DNA of 64,000 bases. Source: Camelus dromedarius. Its lineage: Eukaryota. Both the position numbers and the translations under genes were made by a program. Under the pieces are notes generated by a model. It was not told the origin of the DNA, made no database searches, and was given only the letters and a program-made list of their open reading frames with translations. Every line of letters starts with the position of its first letter. Position 1 is the first letter of the stretch. Shown here in pieces: positions 10,691 through 25,300 of this stretch. Location: assembly GCF_036321535.1 (NCBI RefSeq), contig NC_087438.1, forward strand, positions 11,968,001 to 12,032,000, given 5' to 3'.

Positions 10691-12573
10691 CCACACTGGG
10701 CAGCCAGCACTGGTGATGCTTCAGTTACTTTACTTGTGAAGCAAGGGGCTCTGTCCTTGCCCCTCTGCCCTGTGCTCCAGGGGGCGGGGGGGACCCATGT
10801 ATGCTCTGGGAATGGGCTGCCAGCCCAGCTCCGGGGGGACAGCCCCTCTGCCATGCGATTTGTGCCTCAAGGCTCTGCCCTCCTCGCTTAGGACCTCAGA
10901 CCAGCTGTCTCCTGTGGGGCAGCCCTGTCCCAGTGGAACCAAACCCGAATTCCTGGGGCTGGGCAGAGCTGCTCCACAGGACCCTAGGGTCATGACAATG
11001 AGGGACAGTGGACCAACCTAATCCATAGCCAAGAAGAACAGTTTCTTCTGGCTAGAGCCATGAAAAACAGTGTTTTGAATACATGGTACTTTGAATACAT
11101 AGGTGCTGGGACCTTGTTCTAATCCTACCTCTGGGATTCATGTCTCAGAAGTGACACCCCACTTGTAAACATATTTTACTACTCAAGTAAGTGAATGTCC
11201 TAAAATTAGAAAAGAGCCTAGTCTAATACTAAATTACTTAAAATTACCTAAATTATGCTATAGAGACAATGTTATAGCAAAGTGCTTAATACATATTACA
11301 GTGAAGAAACTAAACTTTGTTTTGTATTTACAGATCTTACCCATCTTCATGGTGGATTTCAAGGGGACATAAAGACACTTCAGTATCCATCCATCACCTT
11401 ATCCATTGATTCAATAAAAAGTTACCAAGTTCCCTTCGTGTCTTACATTATACTTGGTGTGCTGTATTGTCATTTTAAACCAACAAAAACTGAATACCCG
11501 CAGCACTGTTCTCTGTGTCCATAGATGCCACTTGTTAGTGGGACGAGGGAACATGGGAATATTCACCCTGTGGATGTCTTCCATAGCCATAAGACACTCC
11601 ATAGTAAATCTCTACCATTTGGAAGAAGCCTCATGTGACAGTACTTTGGGACAATAAATTCCATTATTACTTACATTTATGTTAACAAAATAGCCTTAAA
11701 CAATTCCAATGATTTCTGAATTACTGTTACAATCACAAACAGAAATAAGAAATTCCCGTGTAAATCATGCAAATATTATCTAATCAAATGGGTTTTGGAA
11801 AGAGTAGTAAATGTTTAGTAAACTAAAACTAAAAAAACTACTAAAATAAATGTATAGATCATCCTGAATAAAACTTAATGGAAATATGTATGGTTTAAGA
11901 AGAAAATCTGGATTCAAGGGCAAAGAAGAGATGTCAATCTACACTTCTTTAAATGAAACACGGACCTAGAAGGGTCATTTTCTGTGTTTCATAATAGTTT
12001 TAAATTGCCCAGTAATTAATATTGATTGTCTATTTCTATTGTCTTCCATTATATATAGTCTACCATTAACTTATATGTCACCATGGTTCAATTTCTGTAA
12101 TATAGGTACAGAAGGTATTTGAATAATGTAGTTATATAATTGAGAATGGAATGAGAAAACTGACATCAACTTTTCAAATTCCTGTACTTTAGATGAGGAA
12201 CATGACACACGTTTTCTCAGTTAGCTCGAGGCCAAGACTCCTGATTTCCAATACAGTCCTCTTCCCTTTGAAACATGTTTCCTCTCCAGAGGAAGAGTAA
12301 ATTCAATGACATCCTTGGAAGACACCACATATTGCAGTTTAGAACAAGAAGGAACATACGACGTTCCTCCTCACTCCTTTCTTAGAGTCAAGAAGAATGA
12401 AGTGTGGTCGACCAAGACCAGCATGGCATCGTTTGGGACCCACCCTTCCCAGAAAAATAAAAAAAAAAAAAAGAAAGAGCACTTCCTGTGCAGCATCCAA
12501 ATAGTCATCGGAAAGGAAGATGAATGGTTGGTTCACGATTAGTACAGGGGACATCCATGCACACGCGTGCGTG

Positions 12574-12577
<4 letters not shown>

Positions 12578-12621
<44 letters not shown>
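12578..12621. repeat. (AC)n microsatellite
   Basis: Read directly; uninterrupted run. Confidence 0.95.
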
Positions 12622-12623
<2 letters not shown>

Positions 12624-15600
12624 CTCTGAGTTGCTCCATGGTAAGACTCTAGGTTTTCCTAAAGAGTCTTGTCTGGAAAACACACAACCAGAGATAGAAT
12701 CTCCTGTGAATACTGGACGATGCTGGGGAAACAGATCTTTTACATGGTGTGTGGCTGTCTTCCCACCACCCTTGGCACTGGTCAACGTGCAATGCAAGGT
12801 CCAACCAACAGAAAAGGAGGCTGAAAATCAGTGAGAACCTTTACCAAGTTCTTCACCGAAAAGTGTAGGTCCTCCACGATTGAAGCTCATCCAAGGGAGA
12901 AAATGAGCTTCCAATGGCTTTAGTATTACTAATTCCAGGGCTCTTTTCTTGAACTCCATAGTTTCAGAGAGAACATGCATATTCCAGATTCAAAGGAAAG
13001 TATGGTTCTTTTGGGAAGTAAGCTTCTTTCTTTCCTTCCTTCCTCCTACCCTCACTTCCTTCCTTCCTTCCAGCTAGTTTTCTCTCCCCACCTGCCCTCC
13101 TTCCTGAAGCACACTCTGGCCACGGAATAAGGACCACTGAAGAGTCCCTGCTCATGGCTATCAGCGCCACCTTCCCAGACTCTCAGAGGATCCAGTTCCC
13201 ACGGCTCCCAGTGAGAAGCCACACCTCCCAGCCGTCCCAGGGCCATGCCGTCCTCCACACGGGCTCGGCCCAAGGGTCCGCAGCTGTGCAGAGCTTTCCA
13301 GAAAAGCCACCAAACCGAGGCCCCGGCAGTCCATTTAGTTACATTCTCCGTCTTAAGAGAAACTAAAGGACAGATTTTTAACAGAGGATATTCTGCATGG
13401 TCAAGATAAGCGGTCATTTACTGAAGAACCAATTTCTGGTTCCACCCTGTATGAGAAGCTCTAAGGGAATAAGAATTAAAAAGATGACTCTTCAGACAAG
13501 TGGCCTCACTTTATCACAGAAGGGAGCTCTGGCTTCCTGGCAGAATCAGACGCTGACATCCCTTCTTTCTGCCCCCATGTCCCCGTAAGGATACAATTAG
13601 GCATATATATTAGATGTTCCAGCCGAAGTAATCTCTTTAGGCAGTTCTCACATGGAAAGTGTGTGTAAACCGCAAGGCACTGTTTAGACAGCAGCCTCGT
13701 GGCCTCACAACAGAAATTCTGCTGGTGCAGGCCTGGGGTGACCTTAGAAACCTGCCTTTTGCGTAAGGGTCCCAGGTGATCCTGAAGCAGCTGTTTCTTA
13801 CCCTGAGTTACAACTAGAAGCACCCAGTGAGAAAGTGACACAGAATTCCTGTTTCAAACAGAGAGAGGAGCAGGGAATTGGCTTCAGGCAAGATAGCGGA
13901 GCAGGGACCCAGCTTGCCCTCCCATTTGAAACAACTAAAAAGAAAAAAGAAAGGAAAAAACAGATAAAATATCTGTACATTGATTTTCTAGAGCTAGGGC
14001 ATTATTGTAAGGACAGTGAGCCATGGGGGGCACCTTGAGTTTCAGGCCACGGAGCAGAGAGGAGCCTGACAGGTGGGTCCTGGTGACCACCTGAGTTGAG
14101 GAGACAGAAGCGAGAGGCAAAGAGGCTGGAGGTGTCAGGACAGGGTGCAGGAGGGCCACCTGCGGGGTGCCCTGGAGTCTCCAGCTGCAGGTGACTGGTG
14201 CACGTGGGTGAGGAACACAGAGGCCAGGAACAAGGCATCAGAAAGGAAGACAGGGATGAGCTCTGCTCCCACGGCTGGGAATGACACCCAGTCCCACCTA
14301 CTAGACGGGAAAACCTCAGCATTCACATGTCGGATAGAACACTCAGAAGAATCTTGCCTCAGTAGCTGAGAATAATGAATCCTAGACTAAACACTGCTGC
14401 GGTCCTAACAACTGAAGAGCAAGGTTCAAAAGGATCAAATGGATTTTACGCAATTTAACTGTGTCATACGTAGGAATAACAAGTGGTGAGTTTTATTATG
14501 AAGCAAATAACCCACATGGTCAAAGTGGGATCTAACGATTTTATTTCGTTTCCTCTCATACCTCTTTTACACATTATAGTGTACCATTTTCTTTAAAAGA
14601 TCTAAACAAAAACATTGTTATTTAAAGACAAGTTTGTCTTTGTGCAGTTTAAGGGCTGCATCCTCGGACCTCGAATGCACTTTGATTTCGAGATGCAGCG
14701 CCCAGGCCTCTCCGTTAGGGGGTTCTGTGAGACTGAGAAATGTGACACGAGAGCTCTAAAAATAGACTGTAATTCTGTATGAGAAAACACGTGCTAGCAG
14801 CCCGTTTCATCTCTTTCGCCCCAAGAGCCTGTGAGCACAACAAAAAGTACTGCTGAGACAAATGAGTCCTGGCAGAGAACAAATAATGTCCCTCAGTATC
14901 ATTCCCTTCCGTTCATTCCAATCCACAGGCATTGAGTGTGGTTACCTGTCACCAGTCCTGGCCGGGAGATTTCAAGATGACTAAAGGCACAGCTTTTGAA
15001 AAATGAGTGAAAGTGTACATGTGACCCCAAAATGATTTCTCTCTCGCCCTCATTATATATGACACTTCTTTGTCAAATGACATTTAATTGAATCTAGGGC
15101 TGTTGGGGAGAAAAACATTCAAGAACTGAGCTGGGGATTGGATAACAAATAGGCTTCATTTATTCCAAAAGTTTCCTGACCTGGAAATCGGTATTTCGTG
15201 AGAAATTCCTTCTGGCACCACTTGGGTCCTAACTCCTGACTTCTCCATGGGGTCCCTGGGTCCGGGAGCACTGTCTGCAGACATTACCCTCACATGACCC
15301 ACGAGCATCTGGGAATCCCGAGAAGAACAGGTCTGGTGCCTGTGAAGTTGGCCAGAATGTGAAGCTCCATGAATCTCCATCCTTCATATGGGACAGAGGA
15401 CTTCAGTCCCTTTTCTGATTCAGCTAGGCAACTCAGTCCACTGGAGAGTATTTTCAGATACTGCTGTTCCCTCTCAAACACACACACACAAACACACCTT
15501 TCTGGTCACTTTTTAGATTTCCCATATTCTTAAGAACTCATATTGCAATGATCATTTCTGAAGATCTTTAGAACTGTCACACTACCTCCAGAGAAAATAC

Positions 15601-18546
15601 ATCATTTCATGCTATTTGAGACTTTAAGTCCACAGGAATTGGAAATTGAAGCCAAACAATATTTTACAGAAAGTTTGCAGTGTCAACATCCCATAGGGAC
15701 AGACCTTTTAAAAAGGGGATTTGTAATCACCTAACTTGTCACCTCGCAACCGGGACAGACAGCTGCTTCACCCATCGCACCTATAAATACGCTTTGGCTG
15801 GGAGCCCGCACAGCCCCGTCATTCTCGGCTGGTGACTAACGGTCTCGTGTTCTCTGTTGCTGGTGAACATCTGTTGATGTTAACTCCTGACGAATTTTTC
15901 TTAGAAAGGTCAATCAGTCTCCAGTTACAGATCTGGACGTTTCTTAGCACGATGTGTTAGAATTGTTTTTAATCCTGCGGGTAACGTGACGTGTTCCTCT
16001 GAGTGCGTGCGTGTTTGCGTGCCAGCGTCTGCAAGCAGAGAGACAACCTAAAAACAGGGATGTGTTTCCCTGCACAAACACTCAGATTTAGAACCATGAC
16101 AAAGCAAATAGGATATGTCAACTGGAGGATTAGATAAGCAAACAGGAGATTAAGAAATTTCATAGTACTCAATTTGAAGTCTTCACTTTCTCAGACCACT
16201 GTACCACATGAACAACTTAACTTCTCCCCGGGGCCAGGGGACCAGGAGGCACCATCTGAGTGTCAGCTCCTTCTGCCCTGAGAGGCGTCTGCAGCCCGGG
16301 GAGGGTGTGCAGAGGTTGATGCCCTCCCTCCGGTCAACTTAGTGTTTTATTTGGAGTGCTTTCTCTTTTTTTTTTTATACACCAAGTTTCAAATGAATTG
16401 GCGATCAGTCACTTTGTGAAATGTCCCTTTCTCCCTCTCTTTTTAGCCTCGGCACTGGCACGTCCTTGGAGCAGAGATCATCCCCACCGAGATGACCTGG
16501 AAGCCTGGCACTCAACCGCCCCTCAGGTTATTTCTTCTATTATTCTAGTTTCTATGAACAGATGCCAGTAGAAGTTATTTTCCAGCCTTTTCAACTTTGT
16601 TAACGTCTCCACAAGTAGATTTTCATAAGCCCAGGGCATGAACAATTTAAATTCCATTACTAGCTCCAAACAGGCACCTCCTGGAAACCTGCAGGGGATT
16701 AAACATCTTTTCATTTGTGGAAGCAGGGGTTTATTTCAGTCACTAGCCCTGAGGGAAGAAAAGGTTTCTCCTTTATCCCTGAAGGTCAAGTAATATCTGA
16801 GAATCAGGAAACATTCTTCAAGGAAAATAAGAAATTGTTATCATGATGCAAGTTGGCTAATTTGGATATACGCCTTTCTTTGCATTCTGCTTGGGATTCA
16901 CAATTTCCAAGCAAGTAGGATCCAGGATTTACTGTAATTGGAATCAAAAGGAAGTGTCTCCTTCCTGCTTTTTCTACCTTGACCTAGTTACATGAAACTT
17001 AAGCTTCTGAAATAATATGTGTTTCTTACAGTGCAAAATTCTTCATTAACAATATAGTTTCTCATTTTGGTTTTTTAGAGACCTTACTCATTGTACTGGG
17101 CCAAAGTAGGTATACACAACCCAGACAGATGAAATGATAATCAAGCTCCTCCAAAGTGCTTTTTTCATGAAGGCCAATTAAAATTCATTTTGCTGGGAGA
17201 ATCTGTTGTCAGTCTTTGTGATAAAGGGGGTATCCTGGACTACGGCAAACCTGGAGTCAGTGACTATCAGTCATTGGGATATTTATTTAAAATGCTACAA
17301 TGTTCAGTCATGGGCTGCAGTCCCACCTTAGCCCCTTTAAATAGCGCATCTCCCCTTTATCTTCCTTTATAAGCCGGTGAATGATGTTGGTGGCTCTTAA
17401 AGGAACATACCCTTGCCAAGAGGATCACTGTTATCAGTCATAAAAAAACGAGAATTGCATTACAATGTCTGAACACCTGTTATATTGGCCACTGGCCTCC
17501 CTCAAAAGAAGATTTTAATAATAAGCTACTGTGTGTATATTGTATGTTTTAATGGTAAATTAGTGCAACACCATACTTCAGAACAGCATGCCCGGAAATG
17601 GGTATGTATTTGGGGGTGGAGGTGGGGGACAAACTGGAAAGGAATAGTGAGGGAGAAGGGAGACACGGCTGTGGGCACATGTCACCGAGGAGGTGTCTGT
17701 GGCCCAGGGAGGGTGTGCAGTGAGTTGATGCTATGGAGTGAGGACAAATATCAAAAGAAGTCATTATTTCTCCTAGTGATAGTCTCTTTAGGAAAACAAA
17801 ATTATAAAAACTAATTAATAGAGCCTGTCAGATTTAGAGAGAGAGTTTACAGAGGAATGCATTTCCCCTCCTTTCTCACATGCACAAAAGAGCATTAAGA
17901 TTTGGCGGATAAAGAACCACAATAATCGTCACTGTGCGTTGTACACATGGAGACGGAAGGGATTCCTGAATTCACTTTTATTTAACGTAACATCTAACAT
18001 TTTATTTCCATTCACATTAGGAATTTGCTCAGAAAGACTTACTCTTAAAAATTAGTATCCCTTGTGACATGTAGTTCAGTGCAAAGAAGTGAGATGTGAT
18101 GGGTCTAGGCTAAACCTTATTACTCTAGTGGGTCAGCTGCCCGCCATCTCCTCCGTCCCCCTTCGTTTTTACCTGTTGCAAGTACTCCACTGTCTGCCTC
18201 TAGAGTTCAAGTCTCTGTCAGTGGTGTCCGGGAGAAGCCAATGGCTGCCACGTGTGCTTTGTGTGTGGGTAAACGGCGAAGCCAGCATACTGGAGACCAT
18301 CTGCTTGCCCAATATTCTAGCCATTTCCAGGAAGTCTCCTTCACTCAATCAGGTATCACAGGAAAGGGGGCTGTGTGTCCACACCTCCCACGGCTGCCTC
18401 GGGCACAATGCTATATCCAAACCCCTTACTCCTCTCACTCTAGGTCATTGTTTACTAGATTGGCTAGTCGGTAAAATTTTAAATGCCTTCTTGTTTTATA
18501 CACATACAGAGTTTATTAGTATTCCATGTTTTGCTTGTACTCTATT

Positions 18547-19107
18547 TTAGGGGAGCAAAACTTGCCATCCCCTAATTGTCTCTTTGGCATGGGATTATTT
18601 TGAGCTAAAAGCAATCAAGGCCCAGAAAACTCAAGAAGAAACTTTGACCTTCCCCCCAACAGCCTAAAAGAATTTAGATAGAGGGTCTGTTCCAGGAATA
18701 GAGCCATCACCAGAGAAATCTGCAAAGAACACGGGCTAAGTGTGGTGGGGGAGACTCAGCAGGCCTAGAGATGAGTCCACTCTGTGTCCTGTTGTTTCCT
18801 CCCAGCCCAGCAAATATTTATTTACCAAACATTTGCTTTTCTATCTCCATGTCAATGGCCTTCCTTGCCTTTGAAGTCTCAAACCACTGCCTTCAACATC
18901 CTCTTCTGTCTTTAGCTGAAGATGGTAGTTAAGGTGAGGGTTTTGGCCATCCTGGTGAGTCACTCAGCTCTCCTGGGTCTCTCCCAGGTATACATATTAA
19001 TAAACTTTGGTTTGATTTTCTCCTGTTCATCTGTCTCACGCCAACTTAATTCTTAGACCAGCCAGAAGAACCTAGAAGGGTAGAGGAAAATTTCTTCCTC
19101 CTGGGCA
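18547..19107 (+). mobile_element. ERV1-class solo LTR (MER34/MER39-like)
   Basis: Starts ..TAGGGGAGCAAAACTTGCCATCCC..GTCTCTTTGGCAT, has AATAAA near 18999, and ends ..GAACCTAGAAGGGTAGAGGAAAATTTCTTCCTCC. Confidence 0.7.
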
Positions 19108-21529
19108 GTATAATTTAGTTACATGAAATAGACTTTATAAGAGCCTATAGAAAGATGAGCTAGCTCTTTGATCAACCTCAGTCATTTACTTTCCCTCTGT
19201 GAGAACCATCCAGAACCACAAGGACAAAACTACTGTGACATGGCATTTAATTGGGCCTGGACATTCCAAGAGTTGTCCCCACCCAGATAAGTAAGTCAAC
19301 TAAGTGGTGCTAAACATTCTACCTTGAGCTCCTTGGGAGATCATCATCCTAGGTGAGAGCCATAAAGGTAAGGAGTCTTCAGGGAACTGATCACAGCCAA
19401 AACGGAACCAATGGGGCCAGATGGTCAAAGAAACCACTTATAATTAAACAACACAATGACTATTTTAAACAAAGATGCACTGAAAGACAGAGATATCTTT
19501 TCATCATTGTCTTGAAAGATATTCTATTTTTACATTGTATTTTGATCAGAACTGAATTTTTTATACACATTCTTCTCTCTTTTTTTTTCCTAACTCAATT
19601 TACCATAATGTATTTTCAAGAAATGGAAAAATGGCTCATCAAAATGTTGGGTTCTAGAAAAGGTAATTGTTTTTAAAGACAGATATAAGCCTTTGCTTCT
19701 CTTCTCATAAACAAAGGCTTATACCTTCTAATCTATGTAATCGTTAACAGAACTGTCCAGTACCAACATGGTCTGAGTAATCCCTGTACACACTGTAGCC
19801 AACAGACACCCCAGACGCTAAGCATATGACTAGAGGTCTTCAAAGTTAAGTTCACTTTGAATATATAGCCAGAGAGGCCAGGAGTGAATCAACACTGTGA
19901 ATTCTGTCATGAATCAACTCTTTGGAATCATTAAGCAAATCAAATTAATGTTCTTTTAACGAATTATGCTAAAGAGTGCAGGGATATAATAATGCACAGA
20001 TCAGTGGCATCGTGACCACAGAAGTCACAGGGAGGCTATGTGGAGGTCTGACTAGTCCACAGGAGGAATTCAGGTTTCTCAAGTCTATAAAATTAAGGAG
20101 CTGAATCAGCTCAGATATTAACTGTTTTTGCTAATGGCTCCCTTCTAAATATCTCAGGTATTCAGAGGGTCCATGGGCCCTGGGTTGAGTACAATGACAG
20201 CTCTTGCTCAAGGATTTTATACTCCATTCACATGTTTGCTTGAAACGCTGAATTTGGCAAAACTCTAACGATACCCTCTACTTTTATGAAATAAACATTT
20301 ATTTTCTCCTATGAAGAAGAGATTCAGAAAGGGACACTAACTTGAGAGATGAACACTTAAAGCTGGCAACATCCCCTAACACATCCCTGGTGACGCTGAT
20401 GGGAAACAGAACCGCAGACAGCAGCTCTCAGTGACACTTCACGTCCTGATGTCAAAGTGTCAGCTCTCGGGACCGGAGAGGTTCCCAGCAAATGGGCCTC
20501 TCATTAAGCTGAGAAGGCCCAGGCTACTTCCATTTTCTGAGGCTGTGAGGCTCTTAAAGATGTAATATATCAATGCTTGTGGTCCTGTAATGGAGGAACT
20601 GAAAGCCATATGAGGAATTCCATCTTTCCTTTCCATCCGATTGCTGATTTCCGGCCCTGGGGACTACAAGGCCAGTGCAGACGCCCATCTGGCCTGCCTT
20701 CTGCGGGCTCAGTCAGCTGGATCCGCGCCGGTGGCCTCGACACTGCAACCTTCGTGATTTGTTACCTTTCTTCGCTAAGGCACTAAAACATAAAAGTAGG
20801 GATTCTGTGCTTGGTCAAAGCAGGGACCTATGATTTCACTGGAAACATGGACTGGGAGATCACAGAGATCGGGGTTAGGGTGTAAAAGCAAATTTACTGG
20901 AAACAGTGGGTGCTCCTAACTGTCAGGCCCTAATTACCTGGGAGGAATTAAACCTTCCTTTCTCAGATTTTTCATATGGGGTTTAAAAGAGCTATCATAG
21001 CCTACTTTATCTATTGCAAACAGTGATCACTTTAAGCTGCTCTTTCAGAATTAAATAACTTTTCTATTCCCTTATCTGGGCTGGTATAGGTTACTAATTC
21101 TAAACCATATTAATGAGAAGTCAGTATGAAGATTCTTAGCCTCACTGTATAACTTGAATATTGTTGACGGAAGACTAACAAACCAAGCAGTACACTCTTG
21201 GGGCAGTCAACTCATTCCAAAAAAATTAACTTACATATACATGTTGTGGGAGTTACAAAATTGCCAACTGAGTTAGGACTTGGAAGAAAGATTAGTGTTC
21301 TTGCATAAAACACACCCCCATGAATTAGCCATGATTTCTAATTGTATTTATTTAAAGAGGTGCAAGAATTTAACGACAAGTCGAACCACCCACATAAAGG
21401 ATCATTCTAAATGTTTACACCTATTCTCCACCAAACTTTCTAGTTGTTTGGCCACTTTTTCAAAAAAGTAGCTCTTACTCATTCTCTCTAATACATTCAA
21501 CTTAGTTTTCATAGAGGTAAACAGCTCTG

Positions 21530-21990
21530 TGTATTAAGATATAAGTTTGCCTACTGTATCAGATGTCAAAGTGACAGGGGTTTAAGAAAGAGAGCACTTC
21601 TTTTCTCCCTCTTGCACCCAGCAGAGCATTGTGGTCCAGCGCTGTTATGGGATCTCTGTAACGTTGTAGACCCAGGCTCTTTCCATCTTGCTGCTCAGAT
21701 GCTCTCAATATCACACTTCCATCCCACAGTCCACTGCAGCCAGCAGGGAGGGGAAAAAGGGAGCAGCGGACACTTCCTCTCCCTTTGAAGTCATGGCCTG
21801 CAATCTGTGTGCAGAGCTTCCACCCACCTCCCACTGGCCAGAACGCAGTCACATGGCCGTGTCTGATGCAAGTGAGTCTAGGAAATGTAACTCAATTGCT
21901 GGTGGCCATCGTCCAGCTGAAACTTGAGATTCTATCACCAAAGGAAGAGAAGTCGGGTATTCGGGAACAACCAGGAGAATCTCCCACAGC
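21530..21990 (-). mobile_element. MLT1 (ERVL-MaLR) LTR relic
   Basis: GACCCAGGCTCTTTCCATCTTG...CCCACTGGCCAGAAC..AGTCACATGGCC...CTAGGAAATGTA. Confidence 0.65.
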
Positions 21991-22142
21991 AATACTCCTT
22001 TTGATCTCTTATTTCATCAGGTTACATAATTTACAGTTAAAATTATGCAATTACAATAGCACCAACAGCGGGCATTAAGGTATTTGAGAATAAACACACT
22101 GACTCAGTAAGCACACAACTCAGATGGTGGAAGCAGTCATAA

Positions 22143-22357
22143 ACCAGAGCAGGCAGACAACCGTGGTCTGCAAAGGGCCAGGCAGCAGGTGTTCTCAGCT
22201 CTGTTGGCCGCTCAGTCCGTCCATTCAGCTCTACCACTACAGCACGAAGGCTGCCGCTGACCAACATGCAAATGGGAGAGCACGAGCGTTCCAATAAAAT
22301 CTGAGTTACAAGAGCGGGCTGTGGGGTGGATTTGGCCTCTGGGCTGCACCAGCTTGC
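22143..22357. mobile_element. MER58A-like hAT element
   Basis: CTGCAAAGGGCCAGGCAG...TCAGCTCTACCACTACAGCACGAAGGCTGCC...GTTCCAATAAAA...GGATTTGGCC. Confidence 0.7.
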
Positions 22358-25300
22358 TAGGTTCAGGGTGCCATGGGCTTCACGCGGCCCTACTGTAGTG
22401 ATGGGCATCAGTGATTAGCCCAGCCGGCTGCCCGGGAACCACCCGGAGAGCTTCTAGTCTAAGGACCCCTCCCACTTATTGTGTATGTTCCAAGTGCTAG
22501 CAACTACATTGGGAACTTTATACTAATTCCTCGCATCCTCACATACTCTGACAAGGTAGGTAAAAAGCCCCCACATTCCAGATGAGAAAGCAGACACAGC
22601 CAAGAAGTCGCAGCACCAGGACAGGAACCCAGGACTTTCCAGACCCAACCCAGCAGCCTCCCAAGCCCGCGGTTAGAAAAACAGTCCTTTTGCCAATAAT
22701 ATATGAAATAAAAGCACTCTATTTCTTGTCGTAGTACTGGGGAAACTGTTGTTTGCCAGATGTGACTTGTCAAGTATTTCAATGAGAAAGACTTCCTCTG
22801 ACCTTAAAACAGTCCTTGTCCTAGAAGTTTATCCAGGTTTCAGCAAAAGGCATCTAACCTTTAGATTTTCCCTGGGTAAAGCTGCTAAGGTCTCAAGCTT
22901 CAGAGCACCGGTAACTGCTGGAGGGGCAAAGTCAAGGTGCCATCAGTAACCCTGCAAACTTGGAGGGTCTTTCAAAGTTTATCTAAATAAACGAAGTCTA
23001 TTTCCCAACCCCTCCATCTCCCCCGCCCCCAACTCCTCACCCGGGTGCAGTGGGCCCCACTCACATGACCACTCCACCTCCCCAAGCACGGCAGACCACG
23101 CTAACTCATCACAACACTCTTTCCAGAACCTTCCTGATGAGGCCTCACAATCCAGTCAAAGTTTCAAGCACCATTTCCAGTTTACCGGAGTTGGCACGGA
23201 AAAAATGAAGTCATTTACCATCAAACCCTCAGCACCCTCAATGCTTACCGTACGGAACAGACCGCCTCCCCCTTTCCCCTCCGCGGTGCCCGAAAAAGGG
23301 ATTATCAGTTACTTCCCTTAGTATCGCTGCCAAGGTTTGTCCTATCTTAGTTTACTGAGCCAATCTCTTCTTGTTTCCGCAAGCAGGTCATTAATTCTAG
23401 GTTTATAATCTACTTTTGTGCGTGTTCCTTTTATAACAAAATCTACACCTCTAAATCTTGCTTCATACAAACAAATATGCTTCTAAGTACTACCAAATGG
23501 GGAAACTATGACTATTTAGAGTCTGTGTTCAGTTTAATCACTTTGGAAGGAAAGTTACCCACCACTTCTGCTGCACGGCTACTCCAGAAACACGCAGTTA
23601 ATTTCTTAAAGAAGGGAGTTCAAACAGACTCAGGCCACCTAATCAGTGAGTCCTGATAGAATGCTCTGAGGAGAAGACACTAGTAATTTCCAAAAATACA
23701 CAAGCACATTTGTAAGCCCCTCATCTTATCCAAAGATGGAGTCTGTCAGTGTCGTTTCTACGGGCTTAATGTGAAGATGCACCACAGACAGATGGGTTTG
23801 CTTTCCTTCCAAAACTCAAGTGCTTGCTTACAGACCCACCGAAACGCCACCATGAGATGTCACTTCCTGAGTCACAGAATCACAGTGGTACGCAGCTGCC
23901 TGTTCCGTTTACAGCTGGCAAGGAGGCCACAGCGCAGTGGCAATTACCGCGGGACACTCCTTAAGCCCCACAAGCGGTTATCTGCCCGGCTCTGGAGCCG
24001 CGGTCTCCACCCTGGGCACACAGCAACCCGCCACAAGTCACAGGTACCCGGGAGAGGAGGCATCCGGGGGTCGGGCCTCTCCCACACCTCTTCCCACGTC
24101 AGGCCCTCACGACTGCAGCCCCCGCCTTCCGAGGCGAGGACTCTGCCGTCTGGCGATCCCTCCTCAGACACCGTGGAGGCCACAGAGCGACATCTTCAAC
24201 AGCCCTCGGTGGCGTTTACCCAGTGGGTGTCAATCACACCCAGGGCAAGCCGACCCTCTGAAAATGAGGCCGGGGGTGGGAGTGCGGAGCCAGGAGGAGG
24301 TGTGATCCGGCCTGAAAGACTCACAGGAGCCTTCTTCTAAGGGTAACAGACTGTCCTGAGCTCACCTGACCTGTGTGTGTCCCCCAGGAACAGCCAGGAC
24401 ACCCCCTGCCCCACTGTTCCCGGACGTCTGCACCAGGACACTTTGTGCTCTAAATGGACTGCCTTGTGTTGCTACATCCAGGTTTGCCCCTTGTGTCTGC
24501 CAATTTGGGATCAACAGGTGGCAGGTACCATGAGTGAGAGAAGGCACTTCCTGGTGGGAAGGTACCAGGGGAGCACTGAGGTTAGAGAGAGAGTGAATGA
24601 ATGAGAGGATGAGAGAGAAATGGGGGGGAAAACAAAAAACAAATAAACAAACAAACAAAAAACCACACGGGGCGCAGCAGCTCAGGGAGAGTCATCCTGC
24701 TGGATCATCTCACCCACAGAAAACACTGGATGAGATGACGCTGCTCTGGCCCACGAGCCAGAAGCCAGGACTCCCCCAGGAGCTCATTTTTATTTTCCTA
24801 CTCAGAGTTCACTGGTGGTTTCACAAGAACAGCTAAAGAAGCATAAACAGACTTTTAACCCACTTCTGCCTGAAGGTCTTTCCTCCAAGTATCCTGTGGA
24901 TACTCAGCTCACTGTCGGATGCATTGGACAGACATTCTCATTCCCCTACGAAGGGGTAAATGCTCTCGCTCAGCACAGGTCGTTGGCGTGATACCCATGC
25001 TCACTTGGGTTAAATCAATCCCAGGAAGGATCAAAACAACGTGAACCAAACACGCACCCCTTGTGGCCCTATCCAAACAGGAAGAGCACACACACCACCT
25101 AGACCAGACCAACCAGGAGTGCCCCAATTCCGCACGCACCCCCGTGCAAATGCAGACTTGAGAACAGCACTTACAGCTGATCCTTTTTATCTGTGCATGT
25201 GTCTACCTGGGTGAACAGGTACAGGGAAATATCTAGAAGGGCATTCATCAAAGGGTTGACTGATTATATAAGGACTGGAGGCTTGGGGGTAATTTGTACT

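Noticed and set aside
12339..12834. ORFs with VCVCVC or HTHTHT tracts (also 3742-3945)
   Set aside because: These are translations of (CA)n microsatellites.
23771..24340. Longest ORF in the track (189 aa, +)
   Set aside because: Starts at GTG, has Arg/Ser/Pro-rich composition typical of GC-rich noncoding DNA, shows no recognisable domain, and overlaps similar ORFs in other frames.
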